A stretch of DNA of 64,000 bases, taken from positions 1,736,001 to 1,800,000 of the forward strand of contig NW_026262666.1 in the NCBI RefSeq assembly GCF_021869535.1, read 5' to 3'. The position numbers and the translations under genes are program-made. Under the pieces are notes generated by a model. It saw only the letters and a program-made list of their open reading frames with translations. It was not told where the DNA came from and made no database searches. This document shows, one piece after another, positions 45,811-60,700 of the stretch. Every line of letters begins with the position of its first letter. The first letter of the stretch is position 1. The DNA is from Mytilus californianus (taxonomy: Eukaryota).

Positions 45811-46638
45811 AATTATATAAAATTGAGAATGGAAATGGGTAATGTGTCAAAGAGACAACAACCCGATCATAGAGCAGACAACAGCCGAAGGCTACCAATT
45901 GGTCTTCAATGCAGCGAGAAACTCCCGCACCCGGAGGCGTCCTTCAGCTGGCCCCTAAACAAATATGTATACTAGTTCAGTGATAACTATATGACTTTTC
46001 AAACTTTCTTTTTCTATTTGTTTTCTCTCTCTCTTCTTTTTTTTTACCTATGATGCTAGTAAACTGCGATTCACAGTTATACTTTCAAATTATTTCAATA
46101 CGTGCATACGTGTTCCACATTTGTTTTGACGAAGGAGAGGCCTCGGTGGCCGAAGGAACAGGTGCGTTGATATCGATCCTTTTTTGTCATTTAGTTGAAT
46201 ATTAACTTTGAATTCATATTTAGTTGCACGAATACGACAAAGATTTGAAGGAAAACGAACTTCATGTAATATTTTCACTTGAGGTAACTGAAATGGGTTC
46301 TTTCCCTTTGTTAATGAAAATAGTGTTAGGCACTTTGCAATATATTCTGTACACGTGAGTTTTGGGAACTTAATGAAAAGTGTTATGAATAGTAAGAATA
46401 AAGTATAAATAATTTATTTACTCAATCATGTAATATTTTTCTAAAACGAGAACCAAAATAAAAAGAAAAATTACTTATTATAATTGAAATTCAAACAAAC
46501 AAAACATGCAATACAATCAAAATTAAACTGAGATATATAAAAATATTAAATGATGCAGGTTTTGTAAAACATGTGTAAAAATTTTACAATTTACAGTATT
46601 AATATTAAAAATACAAATAGTAGTTCATTAATTTCAGT

Positions 46639-48567
46639 TTATTCAATTTCACATACTAACACTGGACCAGCCGATGATGGAAACGTTAAAAGAAACCGGT
46701 TAGTATTTCGTTTAAAGCGCATCACCCAGGGATATTTAGCTGTATTGTAGATATCTGATACAGGTATGATACGGATAAGTTGTCCAGTAGGATTTAGCTG
46801 ATGGATGTTGTTTGAACTATGTCCTACAACGTATATGTTCCCATCTTGATCAATTTCCTGATTATACGGAAAGGATAATTTACTATGAGTATACGGAAAA
46901 TCTTTTCCGTCAGCTAATTGAACCTTAATAGAATTGGTGTTATTCATATAAACGTATTCATTTTTCTTGTAACAAGTAACAAATCGTGTGTCTACACCTG
47001 CTGCTAATTCTTTTATTTTAGCACCCGTTTCAGCGTTTAGCCAATAAATGGTATTATTGTTAGCAGTTATGTACTCATTTTCTATCAAACACAATCCCCA
47101 TACAGCAGCTTTAATATTTAATGTCTTTGCTACAGTAAACGGTTTAACGTTAATTATAAAAATCTTGCTTGCATCAGAAGACACGGCTACAGTTTGATCA
47201 TTCACTTTAGTGACATCAGACGGGGTATTCGGAATGTTCAATTCATCTGTTTGTTTTCCGGTATTGTCGTGATAAACGATCCTTTTCTTATCATAATCGG
47301 TTATAATGATATCGTCGTTGAAGAATATTCCACTGACAAAAGAGCCTTTAATCTCAATTGTAAACAACACTTTTATCTTTCCAGTATGAAAGTCTATTGT
47401 CTTTAATCCAGGAAGAGACGGTCTATGGTCATTGAACTGCAGGCGACCGAAACAAGCAGTGTCCGAAATAACGTCCGTAGCTTCAAACTTAATATGAATG
47501 TCCTTAATACCCTGTATAGCTTTAGACAAATCATTTTCGATGTCCGGCATTTTCCTGGAAATCTCCTCCATTTTGACCAAACATTGTATTTCAGATCCTT
47601 GTGATATACAAGCCTCAAATATATTTTTCCACTGATCGTACGTACTCTTCAATGATAATAAGTCAGCAGACTCTTCACTTAATCGTAGAACATTGTTTTT
47701 CCTTGTACTATTTACTTCGTCTCTTATCTTGTTCTCGAGTTCATCTAGTTTTTTGTTTAATTTTTCACGAACATTCCCAATTTCTACTAAAACAGCATCT
47801 GTTTCTCCTTCGAAATTTGTCGTATTTTGTTTACGAGTATTAATAACTGCTTCTAATTTTCTAACTGTTTCTTTCAACTTCGTCAGAAGTTCCTTTGCTT
47901 TTGTAGATTCCTTGACACCGGTTACAGCTTTATCTATAGTAATGACGTGTTCACATTTTCTATGGTGTACAGTAGCACAAACGGTACAACATGGCTTGGA
48001 GTGATCCTTGCAGTATATTTCTATTGTTTTGTCTGGATGGTCATCGCAAGCAACAGAAGCAAAAATATTTGGAGCATTCATTTCTGCATTTATATCTGTA
48101 ATAGCTAATAAGTTGTGGTTCCGTGTAATTTTGAATCTTTTATGACTTACTTCACATGGACCACAATAAGCTTCATCACAAACAGTGCACCATGATATGG
48201 CTTTTTGAGAGACGTTTTCGTTGCTACACGCATCGCAAAGTTTCTCCGCTTTCTTCATAGCTCTCCGGTCAATCATTGAATTGACAAAATGATTTCCAGG
48301 TAGGTTTCTAGCCCACGTGTCGGGTTTCACCATACTGTCGCTAGACGATACAAGACGACGACATACTGGGCACTTAAATCCTTCTGGTTTTTCTTCCTTC
48401 ACGGTTGAAACAATATATGTATTTATACATGATTCACAGAACGTATGTAGACAAGGTAAATACTTTGGCTGTTTAAATGTTTCAAGACAAATAGAACACG
48501 TCAATAAATCGCCAAAATCTTCGTTGATAGATTCTTCCTTAAAGTTTGCGTCTGCTGAAGTCGCCAT
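46639..48567 (-). CDS. Intronless TRIM-like E3 ubiquitin ligase (RING, B-box1, B-box2, coiled coil, NHL-like beta-propeller), 642 aa
   Basis: C3HC4 RING CSICLETF..LPCLHTFCESC..CPVC; B-box CDAC..WCTVCDEAYCGPC..H; B-box CDDH..YCKDH..CCTVC..HHRKC; coiled coil; propeller repeats ending DQDGNIYVVG..SNNIHQL; open from ATG 48567. Confidence 0.95.
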   Translation of the reverse strand: MATSADANFKEESINEDFGDLLTCSICLETFKQPKYLPCLHTFCESCINTYIVSTVKEEKPEGFKCPVCRRLVSSSDSMVKPDTWARNLPGNHFVNSMIDRRAMKKAEKLCDACSNENVSQKAISWCTVCDEAYCGPCEVSHKRFKITRNHNLLAITDINAEMNAPNIFASVACDDHPDKTIEIYCKDHSKPCCTVCATVHHRKCEHVITIDKAVTGVKESTKAKELLTKLKETVRKLEAVINTRKQNTTNFEGETDAVLVEIGNVREKLNKKLDELENKIRDEVNSTRKNNVLRLSEESADLLSLKSTYDQWKNIFEACISQGSEIQCLVKMEEISRKMPDIENDLSKAIQGIKDIHIKFEATDVISDTACFGRLQFNDHRPSLPGLKTIDFHTGKIKVLFTIEIKGSFVSGIFFNDDIIITDYDKKRIVYHDNTGKQTDELNIPNTPSDVTKVNDQTVAVSSDASKIFIINVKPFTVAKTLNIKAAVWGLCLIENEYITANNNTIYWLNAETGAKIKELAAGVDTRFVTCYKKNEYVYMNNTNSIKVQLADGKDFPYTHSKLSFPYNQEIDQDGNIYVVGHSSNNIHQLNPTGQLIRIIPVSDIYNTAKYPWVMRFKRNTNRFLLTFPSSAGPVLVCEIE

Positions 48568-50561
48568 TTTGTTCTTATTGTTAAACTTCCTTGTCAAATA
48601 TCAATAACGAGATAAAAATAGACTGCCTACTATTTACATAATGATATGTGATAAGTATCATTTTACATTGTTCTCTAGCTTACATGGTTGATTTGGAAGT
48701 TTTTATGTTTAGTATTATTTAATAATTAATTGTTCAACGTTATGGATTTATAAAATGTTTAAGCTGCTCAACATGTTTGCTCAAGGAAGATTTATGAATA
48801 AGTTTAATCTTGTTTACATGTTGTTATGTATTTTTAGTTCAACGAGTGGGATAATATCAAGTTGCGTTGTATATATACACTTCAAAATTCAAAACAGACG
48901 ATACACTTTTAAAAGTAAAACTGTTTTTTACAATACTACTTCAAATTTCAAATTTTGCCTAAAATTCAACAGTCGATTAATATTATATTGTATATTAATA
49001 AACCAATCGACACAGGAAAAGTTATTTAAAAAAATTCATTGCATTTCTCATTTGGTGCGCTTTTCTTAAACATCAGCGTTCCTTGTATTCTTTTTCTAAC
49101 CGGTTGTTGTCGCATGTTTGCATATAAACGAAGAAAGAAACATACACCCAAGCGCATGCTGATTGCACATTTTTTTGTAGATTGGAAAATACTTAACTTT
49201 TACGAAAACAGTTACTCTTCCTATCTGTATGAAAATTGACCAATTATCAAAAGTAAAAAGTTGATTCATGAAAGATTTCCAACATTCCTTATTAAAACTA
49301 ATCTAAATAATTGATTTTTCTTTTTTGCAATGTCGTTGTCAGTTTATTTTCGACTTATGAGTTTGTATCGTTCGCCTCTCTTTTAATTTCAAGAACAAAA
49401 TACGAAACCTTCTCATAAAGTCATAAGTTGCATCACAGTGAGTAAGACTTCACATGAAAATTGGACTTTCAATTTCTCTATACCATCTCTACTATGGGTA
49501 CAGACAGCCTCAGTACAGAGTTTAAGAATAATTGAAGGCATTCAGGAAACAAAATATGAAAGATAAAATAAACGCATCCAGATTATACTGCAAACTAAGT
49601 TTGATTTTATATTCGATTGGTCTGTACATTTTGCTATAGACATCCGGTTTGCAGAAACTGGGAATTGCAATTAAACACGAGGAGAAAAAACAATGTGAAC
49701 TCCCAAGTAATAAATAAAATAATCAAGCCTTTATCATGTTTATATGTAAATTCAAATGGTAGCTGTATACACTATTCGATTTGCAACTAAAATCCAATAG
49801 TGTTTTTTAAAATTACCTTTTGCAAGAATCTACACACAATAACATATTTCCAATAAAGGTGTTTCAACATCATTATTACCTTGTTCTATTCACAATCAAT
49901 TATTTCAAATCAAAAGCAAAACAATTCATCCACAATTTCTTGGTGACAAGTCAGCGGTTTCGGGTTCCTTTTTTTTGAACAACTTGTTTTTGGAATCATT
50001 GTTAGCAGAAAACTGTATAAACTGCATCTATCTATTAAGTCAGGATACCTGAAAACTAATTACTTTAGATTTAAAATAAGGAGATGCGGCATAATTGTCA
50101 CTGAGACAACTATCCACCAAAGTCTAAATGACGTGAATGTAAGCAACTATAGGTCATTGTAATGCCTTCAATAATGAGCAAAACGCGTACCGTACAGTAA
50201 GCTAAAAGGCCACGGTGTGATATAGTTACGGACGTACTATTTTTTCAGAAGACGCAAAAATCAAATATAGGTAAAGTATTAATTAGTTAGGCAGGTTCTA
50301 TCGGAACAGTGGATCTTGAAGTTCATAAATGTTCATCTTGCAACATTACAATTTAGACCCGAACAAATTGTTGCAGGGATGTAATTACAAGCACTCTCTA
50401 AATTGAGAAATTTAATTTAAAAGAACCTATTTGTTTCTTTCGTCAGTATCTGTGTTAAAGGAGCAATATAGACCCTGTAAGCTAGAATGGTTCCTTCTAC
50501 TAAACAAGATAGGAGTAGGTGATAATATTCCTATATCTTTGTTGTTGTCTTTGTTATGTAG

Positions 50562-50650
50562 TTTTCTTTTATCAATAACGCCATTTTCTTTTATCAATAA
50601 CGCCATTTTCTTTTATCAATAACGCCATTTTCTTTTATCAAAACGCCATC
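50562..50650. repeat. 22-bp minisatellite (ttttcttttatcaataacgcca, about x4)
   Basis: Directly visible tandem units. Confidence 0.9.
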
Positions 50651-51778
50651 TTTATTCTACATCTGACTATTCTCCCTTGATAGGGACTATAACTTATTTC
50701 ATTTTATAAAATGTTCAAAAAAATAACCAAATAGTCCGAATGAATTTGTTTTACAGGGGAGTAATTCGTATTAGCCTGTTTAGTAGATAACCTTACCTAG
50801 TAGCGGTTTAGAAAATATTGATAAGAGAGGATGGTGAAATGTGGGAATAGCGAATTATATTTCTTTTTTTTGCAGATATATACGCAATTCAACATGAACT
50901 GAAGAATTGAAAGTGTCGAACCCTGGACACCCAAAGGTCACTTTTGAAATAAGTTTACTATCAAATAGACATCCAAAGGTTATTTGTGATAATGATTCTA
51001 TATATTCTAGTGGAATGACACCTTCGCTTCATGGTCGTTTAAAATTGGTAAAGGTATAAAATTGTACATGCTAGACCTCAAACAGTGGGCTGAGACTAAC
51101 AAGGATCTGACATCAAGCTGAGACAACCGGTGACGAGGTTTTACTCAAATGTAATTATCTATGTTTAAAAGGTTGATTTATATCACCGAAAGGGGACTTT
51201 CAATTAATTGTAACATAAACAATCACAAAAATATTTTACTGGGATTTTACATTGACTTGCACCACAATAGCAGAATGAATCGGTTTCTATAAAGTGATGA
51301 TTATGGCTATATAATGAATGTTCCCTCTATAAAAGCATTCATTTATAATATTAAAAAAATTCTTTTTAACAATGATCTTTTGGTCAGCTGCTTATTACAT
51401 ATATCATAGAGGCATTACAATTTTATAATCTTGATGTTCGATATTATAGAAACTAAACATGATCATTTAAAACATGACATTGATACTATTTTATTATATA
51501 TATTTTTGTATTCAAACTGTTTAAAATAGATTGTAACATGAAAAGCACTGAGTAATCAATGATAACAAGAATCACTACCGCTACACCACCACTACCACTA
51601 CATGTGCTTCCACCAAAAAATACTCTTTAAATTATTACTACTATTTTTATTATTGTATTATGAGCTATTCATATTATCATAACTTCAAATTTAAAATTTT
51701 CATTTTAGCCATTTATAAAGTTAAAAATGAATTTATCTTCTATTCTTCATAATGCATAAATAATTTGACCCATAGTAA

Positions 51779-54700
51779 TTATGACCCTGCTCCATTTAGA
51801 CTAACATAACACGGCACAGACAAACTATCAGGAGTTGCTATGGCAATGATGGCGGACACGGTTGCAGCAAATCCGCCTATGATACCGATGCAGATGATTT
51901 CGATATTCAAAACCTTTTGCCAAAGAGGAATAAATCTGAAAAAGAACCAAAAAAAGCATGTAGTTTAATTTGCTTAATCAAGATGGCAACTGTTAACACT
52001 CCAGAGAAAATATAAATTCTGCTGAACTGTTGTATAATAAAAAATTAACAACTTATTTTGGTTTTTCTTTGAAAATAAAAATAATTGTTTTTCGATATGT
52101 TATATTAGCTATAATTTGGGTTGTACTTACAAAAATTAACAACATACAACAAAATGACAACTTTTCTCAGACCTTACAAAGTAAAATCTGGAGACTTCAG
52201 TTTAGAAATATATTTTTTTTTCGTGTCACTGTGATACATGTATCCTAATCCTAGCAAAATGGCTATTTTTGTACATATACTTTAGTCAAGTTAATAATGA
52301 GCAACAGTTTTATACGAGAAAAAAAAATCTTTTACTCACATCAACATCTTTGTAAAATGAAATTTTTAAGCAGATTATATTTTAGTGTCAGACTATTGCT
52401 CAGGTCTAAATATTAATAAAAAGATCTTAAACTGAGGCTATTTTTATTGACGTGTTGCCATCAGGGTGAGCATACTTTTTGCAAGAAAATTATTATAAAG
52501 TTGTCAGATTTTTAAAATGATGTAATGTTAAAATGCAACAGTTTTCATACCTAGATATTCCTTAATGGTAATTCAAGTAAACGTTTCAATTATTCGGGTT
52601 GGATTTAAGATTTAGTTTCAGTTTTAAAGATAACTTACATACGTTCTGTGCTTGGATGCGGCTCAGAATTCGCTTGAACATTTTGCTTGCTTGAACTTGC
52701 TAACAAATTATTGTCAGCTTTAATTTTCTCATCACTAGCAGTCATTGTTCGGTTTTTCAAAAGGGGCGTTTTAGCAGTTACTATTTCGTCTGTATCGTCA
52801 CGTGAGACGTCATTCTGAGCACTAAACTCCACTCTATGACGGATGATGGATGATCGGTTTTGTTACCACAGTTACTATTGCATAATTTCATATAGAATAA
52901 GCAAGGGAATACATAAGAGAGTAAAGTTGTTGTTGAGCCGCCAACCAAAGATAAAATAGCACCAAAATGAGGAACACTTTCAGCAATGAATAGGACAACC
53001 AGTACGATCAGTGGTCTAACGATACATCTCTTCCAAGTGAAAGCTGAAAAACAAACGTCTTCGTCATTTGGTTTCTGGTGGAAAGTTGTCTCATATGCAG
53101 TCATACCAAATTCAAATTCAAATAATTTTATTGCCATATAAATCATTTTAAAAGGATTTGTGACATTAACATAGAAAAAGATAACATATAAACATTATAT
53201 GAATGCAAACATACACAAAAAGACAAAAAAAAAACCCATAGGAAAACATATCCCATAATACATGTATAAGTAAAAAAAGCACATAATATATTTATATAAA
53301 TAAATCAAGAGTCCCCTTTCCTCAATTATAATGCCTGTTTAAAAAGGGACCCTAAGCTTTTATATAAATATAATTTACTTTTTTTTATCTATTTTTCCAA
53401 ATTTTTGTTCAAATATATTTTTGTAGAAATTTAAAAATTGGTGTTTTAAGTTGTTTTTTTTTTAACAACTTTGAGTACTTTTTCCTTTGTTTCCCTCAAG
53501 AATGGATAATTCTATGTTTACCTCTTTCAAAATATTTTTAACATATGTAAACCAGGTATAGCAACCTGATTCATCCAAATTTTTTGAAAGTAAAAAGATT
53601 TCATATAATAATGGATTAAATTCAGAATTTAATAATCTTGTTAGGTAAAGTATACTGTGAGTTTTTATATGCATCTCTGGTGGGTATCTCCCTAACTCTG
53701 TTCTCACGGCTATGTTTGCTGAAGATTTTCTTGTTCAGAGGATATACTCACAGAAAAACAAATGTAATTTTTCTAAACATGATTTATCAGTAACATTTAG
53801 GAGGTATATATTTGTTTTGGAGATATTTGCACGTTTTTCTGCTCTAAATTTTGAAACATATGTATCCATATAAGTAATTTCTGAATTGTAAGTGGCTATT
53901 GGTTTAAACTATAGAGTCAAAAAGACTGCAAGCTACAACAAATGGAAGTGTTTAACGACCTTGACTGGATATACATCCCTCGCACGGTCGGCTCGGTGCC
54001 CGAAGCGTTTGGTGAGCGTTTAAATAATTTTGTGCCATCGGTCAGGAACAGGTGGAGGACGCCATTTTGGTAGGCCGCCATCTTTGTTTTGTGAGTTGTT
54101 TTGGTTTTTCTTTTGTTGACTATTTTGATGTTCTTCACAACGGCTGCTTTCAGGGCCAGATTAGTCAGCTTGGCAGCCCGCTAACCTCGATGATGGAGTA
54201 CTGGTAGATGAGTCTCGGACGTAGTATTAACGATGACAGGAAGCATTATCAGGACCAAAGTCGTGAGACAGTGAAATGGTGGTCCATCATCTAACACCTA
54301 GGATACAGCCCTCGGACGTCACTCGGCATACCACCCCCCCCCCCCCCCCCCCCATCAATAATGGGTTTTGGAGTGTATGTTGACGCGGGAATTTGCCCTA
54401 CGCGGATTATAGCCTAACGTAGTCTGTACAGCGTTGGATTGGTTTCTGTCATCGAAAGTAGTAAGTCGTTGATCCATCTAACAATAAACCCTCATCGAAG
54501 ATAGCGGGTAAAGGAGAGCTGACCTAGCACGTCCGTTCAGTTGTAATGACTGAGACGTGACTGAATGAATGAATCTAAATTGGATTCGATGTGACTGCAA
54601 GCTACTTTAACTGGCAGAATATTTAAAGAACCAGTATAAGTTTTATTGGCAAACATCACTTTCCTTGCTTTATTTACAAGTTCTTCAGAGCTATTCAATA

Positions 54701-57700
54701 AGTTTTCATTTGTTTTTACAAGAATTCCAAGAAATGGATATTCAGAGACATTTGTCAAATTTTCATTCTTATATTTTGCAAAAGATGTTCCCACTTTTTT
54801 TTTATTATATTGCTGCAGAATCATTGTTTTAGTTTTATTAATATTTAAAGTCAATTGCCACTTTTCACAATATTTGTCTAAGTTGTTAAGACTATTTTGT
54901 AGGCCTTCTTTACTTTCAGATAATATTAAAAGGTCATCAGCAAATTATAAAGATCCTACTTTAGTATCAATCAGTTCCAATGGACAGCTTTTTTTCATTT
55001 GAAAACTCTGCATCTAAATCATTTATAAATAAATTAAATCAAGTAGGACTCAATGAATCCCCTTGCTTAACCCCTTGAGAGACCTCAAAATATGCTGAAT
55101 GCCACTCTTGGTGCTTAAAAGCAGATTTTGTTTCCTCATACTGTACTTTAATAATATTAAATATTTTTTCCCTGCTCCTGCGTTATACAGTTTATAAAGT
55201 AAGGCTTTTCTCCAGACAGAATCAAATGCCTTTTTTTTAAATCTACAAAGCAGGCATATATTTTTTTTTTTAATTTTTGTGTAAGTATTTGTTTATTAAA
55301 GACTTAAGAACAAATATACTATCAGAGGTTCTATGATTTTTCCTAGAGCCAAATTGAGTATTACTAATAGTATTTTCCATCAGTTTAATCAATCTTTCAT
55401 TTAATACAGCATTAAATAACTTTGGTAAGCAAATTATCAGGGATACTCCCCTGTAATTATTATGATCACTTTTTTCTCCTGATTTATGCAATAAAATTAA
55501 ATATGAGCATTTCCATAGTGATGGGTAAATACCTGTATTTAAAATTAGGTTAAACAGTTGAACAATGCTTTTGATAGATACATTTTTACTAAATTTTACT
55601 ATTTCATTAATAATGGTATCTGGCCCAGGAGCTTTTTCTTTTTTGAGCTAACTAATAACGTTTTTTATTTCAGAGTATTTTATGGGAGCATCTGTTTCTC
55701 TATTGGATGTAATGTTCTTTTCAATATTAACAAGTTGTTTTTCTATTTCCTCTTTCCATTTTATATTTACAAATGTGGGTTTTCCTTGGTCCTGAATATG
55801 CTTCGTAATTATTTCTTCGTCTTTTAAAATTTCCGGTACTTCATTACCAAATTTTTTGTAAATTTTTCAATCCTTTAAGTATTTCCCAATAATCTTTAAG
55901 TTTCTTATTAAAACTGTCTGTCAACGAACTAAATATCTTCTCTCTATATTGTGCTTTTTTTAAAATTTCACCATTTTTTTAAAACTTTTTAACATTTCAA
56001 AATATTTCTGTTTTTTAAGTTGGTTATTTGGACATTTTTTAAGTTTATTTCCAACTAAGTTTATTTCTTTTTTTGTCTCATAGACACCCCACATCTTTTT
56101 ATTTTTATATTTTACTATAATAATTACACATCGTATTTTCAGGTCTGTGTTTCAGCATCATATACACCAGTCACGGATTTCTTGAAATATTCGTTCCAAT
56201 TGTTTTGTATCTGTTGGTTTATCTTTTTATCTCACCTTTAGGAACGCCTACTTTAGCTTCAAACTGCTGGCACACAGGGTTCATATAGATTATAAATCCC
56301 AAGAGAAGATGCAATGTGACCAAAATATCCACTACATACGCGAGAGGACCAGCTGGTATACTTCTAATTATATTGACATTAACATCTCTACCATACACAA
56401 AGTATCCAGACGCTGCTGTTGGTATGTACATTAGGAGGACAACTTTGAAAATATAAAACAAATGTATCTAAATTAAAATACAAATTAAACTAGGCTGACT
56501 TTTTTCATTTCTATCTTCAAATAATAACTAGAAGAATCATCTAATGGTTGTTACGATGCATCTTTGACATGAATTTCTTTAAATGCTTATATATTTTTCC
56601 TCTTCCATTTAAGGTACAAACTGTACATTTTACATCGAGTGAATGAAAAATCTGAATACAAACGGTATACAGTAGATACAAACAATTGATAACTTGATTG
56701 CCGTGCATTCATTTGTATTTCACTTTCAAAGTTTGAACACTTCTTTGTGCTCAACCTTTTTGTATGGTAACTTTTTCTGTCGATAATTTGTCACCTGTGT
56801 ATCATACCCCCAAATAGTCGTATACCTTTACAGATAGTTTTGTATCAGGTTTAAATGAATTTTATTGTATCTTTTAAATTTACATATTCATATTACTTCC
56901 ATATCCAAGGAGCGCTGCAAGTTTGAAGTCTTCCTTTTTCTTCATGTCTGTTATAATTGTTGGAAATACGGAATGACCACTGACAGCAAAAACCATTGTT
57001 CCAAAGGCCGAGGAAAAGTTTTGAAGCTTAATGTTTGAGTGCACAGTAGTATTTTTACTGTGAGAGTTGTCTTGGAAAATTTGTATGATAATTAATGTAC
57101 AAGCTATTCCAGTGGAAATTGCTGCGCCAACTCCAATTGGCCTAAAAAGGTAGAAATATGTTATTTATTTAGATATGAATGGTTGTTCATTACATAAAAC
57201 GTCAAAATTATTGATGTTATCTATAACTTTGGCCTGCTTTTCGTAATTTCCTTAATAGAGTGCTGTTGTACACGGAATGAATTAAATCAAGGGCTCTTTC
57301 AAGGTTAAGACTAAGTATCTTTTCGAATTTGTTACGGAAATCATCAGTATTTGAATGTTATGAAATATATGTGTCCAGCTGTCGAAGTCACTATTCGTTC
57401 TTCATTTCTTCATTCGTGACCACACTGATTTCAACTTTTAAGCAGATTTTTTTTAATAGTCATAACCAACAGGACCAGAATAACGGCTGCACCTACTATA
57501 GAACCATTAACCTTCCAGTGCACCCGAGTTTACCAAGTGTTTGGTAGGATTTGTGTAGCTCAATATTTAGTTTATCTATGTAATTTTTTGTAGACTGGCG
57601 TTTGGTTGTTTTCTTTTGTCCATTTCCTTCTTACAACTTAAAAATGAATAATTCATTTAAATGCATGTTTCGTTTTTTACTGAAATCGATATTAACTCTC

Positions 57701-60700
57701 TTTTTGAAGATGTAAATCCCTCGGGGTTGGGGCACTTCAATACTTAATTGATAGGGGTGCCGCTGGGGTACTGTTACCCTACCCTTTTCATATAATTTAG
57801 ATTTTAAAAATGTATACCTTTTCGTATACCTTGTTTATAGGATGTGCCCCCTTAGGTAAATCATAATAAGGAGGAACCCTAAATGTGTTTGTGCTTCATG
57901 TATGATAATTGTAAGTTTAAGGCACTGGACCAGCAAAGTAATCTCAACGTTGAGTTTTTTTATTCATTGGAAACTTTTAGTCTTCCTAGCTGTAATTTTA
58001 CCGATTGCGTCCTATTCCCGATTGTTACGTTTTGATCGAGTGCAGTTGATGCATTAATTGAAGAAGACGCTTACCCTGCTTACGCACCTTCTCTCGTCCC
58101 GTTTCAACTTTATTCGATTTTATCAGTTTTTTTTATTTGTTACCTTGATTAGCATCTTCTTATTTGATTTGAACATCGATGAATTAGTGACTTATTTTAA
58201 TATAGTCGGGTGTAAAGTTAAAGGATAATTTTGGCTTTATCTATGTACGAGCTACTGTATGAAACGGCAATTTATAATGGTTAAAAAGTCTTTTAATAAA
58301 ACACAAAAAGACTGCATCTTCAGTTTCAGGTACATTTCTGTTAGAATCTAATCTTATACAAAGAATCATTTCTTCATTTCCAATGCGAGATATGCGTTTC
58401 TTTATTGGCCTTTTTTATGAAGTGTTAATATTTTATATATCAAATATTATGCCCATTCAGTTCATAATGAGGAATAATTTAGTAACAGTTAGAGATCAAT
58501 TTGATCCAGAAAACTTTTGACGGTAAGAGGAAAAATACCACAGTTACATCAAATGCTTTACAATTCCCGTTAGTTCCAGTGAGGATGTCAAAATAAATGT
58601 TTCAGAATTTTTTTATTGTAAATAAATTATACTGGTAAAGAATCGATGTGGCAGAAGTAATATTTTATTTTCTATAAGCATAAAATATCAACAATATTTC
58701 TATTTTTAAAAAAAATAACAAATCATAAATTTCTTGCGTCTGAAGCGCTGTTCTGTATTAACCGTCACTGAGAACGCACTCTAACCTTAACATCTGAAAG
58801 CCAAGGGAAAGAGTTGTTCTGTAAATGTTATTTTTATATGATCGGACCAATTGAAAAACTTAAAATCCTGATAGCCCAGTGACGTCATAAATGTTCCTTG
58901 ACTAACCTGCTAACATGCTTTACCAAAATAAAGATAGGTGTTACTGTACATATATTGTGTATATCGTGTATTACTAAGAAACATGTTTAATGATCACTCA
59001 TGTGAATTGTTTACTAAATTTATAGTTAATAAAACAGTGTGGTTCTCGATCGTTAATCATATATTTTTGATGATCATTTTTATGGTAACCGTAATGCTAA
59101 TCAGTTACCAGAAGTCTTTTGGTGTACCAAGACAAACGATTGGAACAACAATACACGTCAGTATCATCAACCAATAACAGAACGATATATCTTTGATGAC
59201 GTCAGTTAGTAAAGTCTCAATATTTCCAGCCGCTAATACCAAGAAAACAACAGAACTTCCAAAATTGAAAATATTCAACGTAATTGTAACTAAATATCTG
59301 AAAAAAAGTAATAGGACAATGGATATGATATCATTAGCGTGTAAGATTTAAAATTCTATAATGTTTTGGTGAGGTTCGTGTTGCTCAGTCTTCAGTTTTC
59401 TATGTTGAGTTGTGTGACCAGATGTTTATCTTTTCGTCGTTTTTCGGTTTTTGCCATGTTATTGTCAGTTTGTCAATTTTGAGTTTCAATTGTATTTCCT
59501 TACTTACTCCTTAAAAACATACTTCGCCTATACTGTGAAGTAAATGTATGCTTTTGTCAAAATTCATTACAGTACGGAAAGTTGACTGGATTATGAATGC
59601 ATCCTTTTACTCGATAGTTCATTTTAATTGTCTTTTTTATTTTTGTACAGTAACTGTTTTTTTTTTTTTGTACACTTCAAATAAAGAAATTATAAAAGCA
59701 ATATACACAGTTGAATGAATGGCGAGTTACCCTACCATTTAAAGAAAAAAGTTGATGAGTGAAGGCAATTAAAAGTGAATGTGATCATTAGTCTAAGGTT
59801 ATTATTAACCTGTATAAAGAACACTCACACCAAAGAATCGGAAAGCCAATGATGAATACTTCAGGAGCTTTAAGACCGAAATGGACTTTAAAGAATAGCA
59901 AAATCGTTTTCCAAAGACTTTCTCAAGTCATATCTCATCTTACTGGTGTAGTTGATCATGCCTCGTTCAACGCAATAATCTTCGATAAGCTTAACCAGCG
60001 CGTCTTTGGATTTTCTGCTCTATCCCTTCAAACCTGCCTTGGTGATTTTTTTTTTTTTTAGTTTCTTTACTGTCTCATATTGTCCTGTTCAGAGCTCTTC
60101 TTTCAGATGTCTTCTTTCCTTCGTAGAGGAGCTCCTCCTCAAGTGACTGCTATTTTATTTAATTCGTAATAAAAATATCACCATTGTCCACTATGATGAT
60201 ATATCTTTACATTGTACTTTACGAAAGCCATTGTAGTTTTATCATTAGTACTCAATTCAGACACTTATTTGATTAATTAGTTCCCAGGTCAGGAATATGA
60301 CAGTTGTTTTCCATTCGTTTGATGTGTTTGAGCTTTTGGTTTTGCCGTTTTATAAGGGACTTTCCGTTTTGGGTTTTCCTTGAAGTTCGGTATTTTTGTT
60401 ATTTTGCTTTTTACATGTAGAACCGTAATTTATCTCCGTTCCGCTTATCGTGTAGATATAACGTTGATTAATTGAAAACTTCGACTACTTTTTTACATGT
60501 TTTCCCACTATGAGAGAGTACCTAAGTCCAATTACGATGTTTAAGATACAAATATTTTCATTTTCGAGATAATTATGTATTAATGTGATCGTTCGACTAC
60601 TGTAAAACTGCTATGTTTCTACTCTTATCTCAAGTGAAATTGGTAAACAACTCGAGTTTTCGAATATATAAAGGTTTAAATCTTTAAAAAACATAGTATC

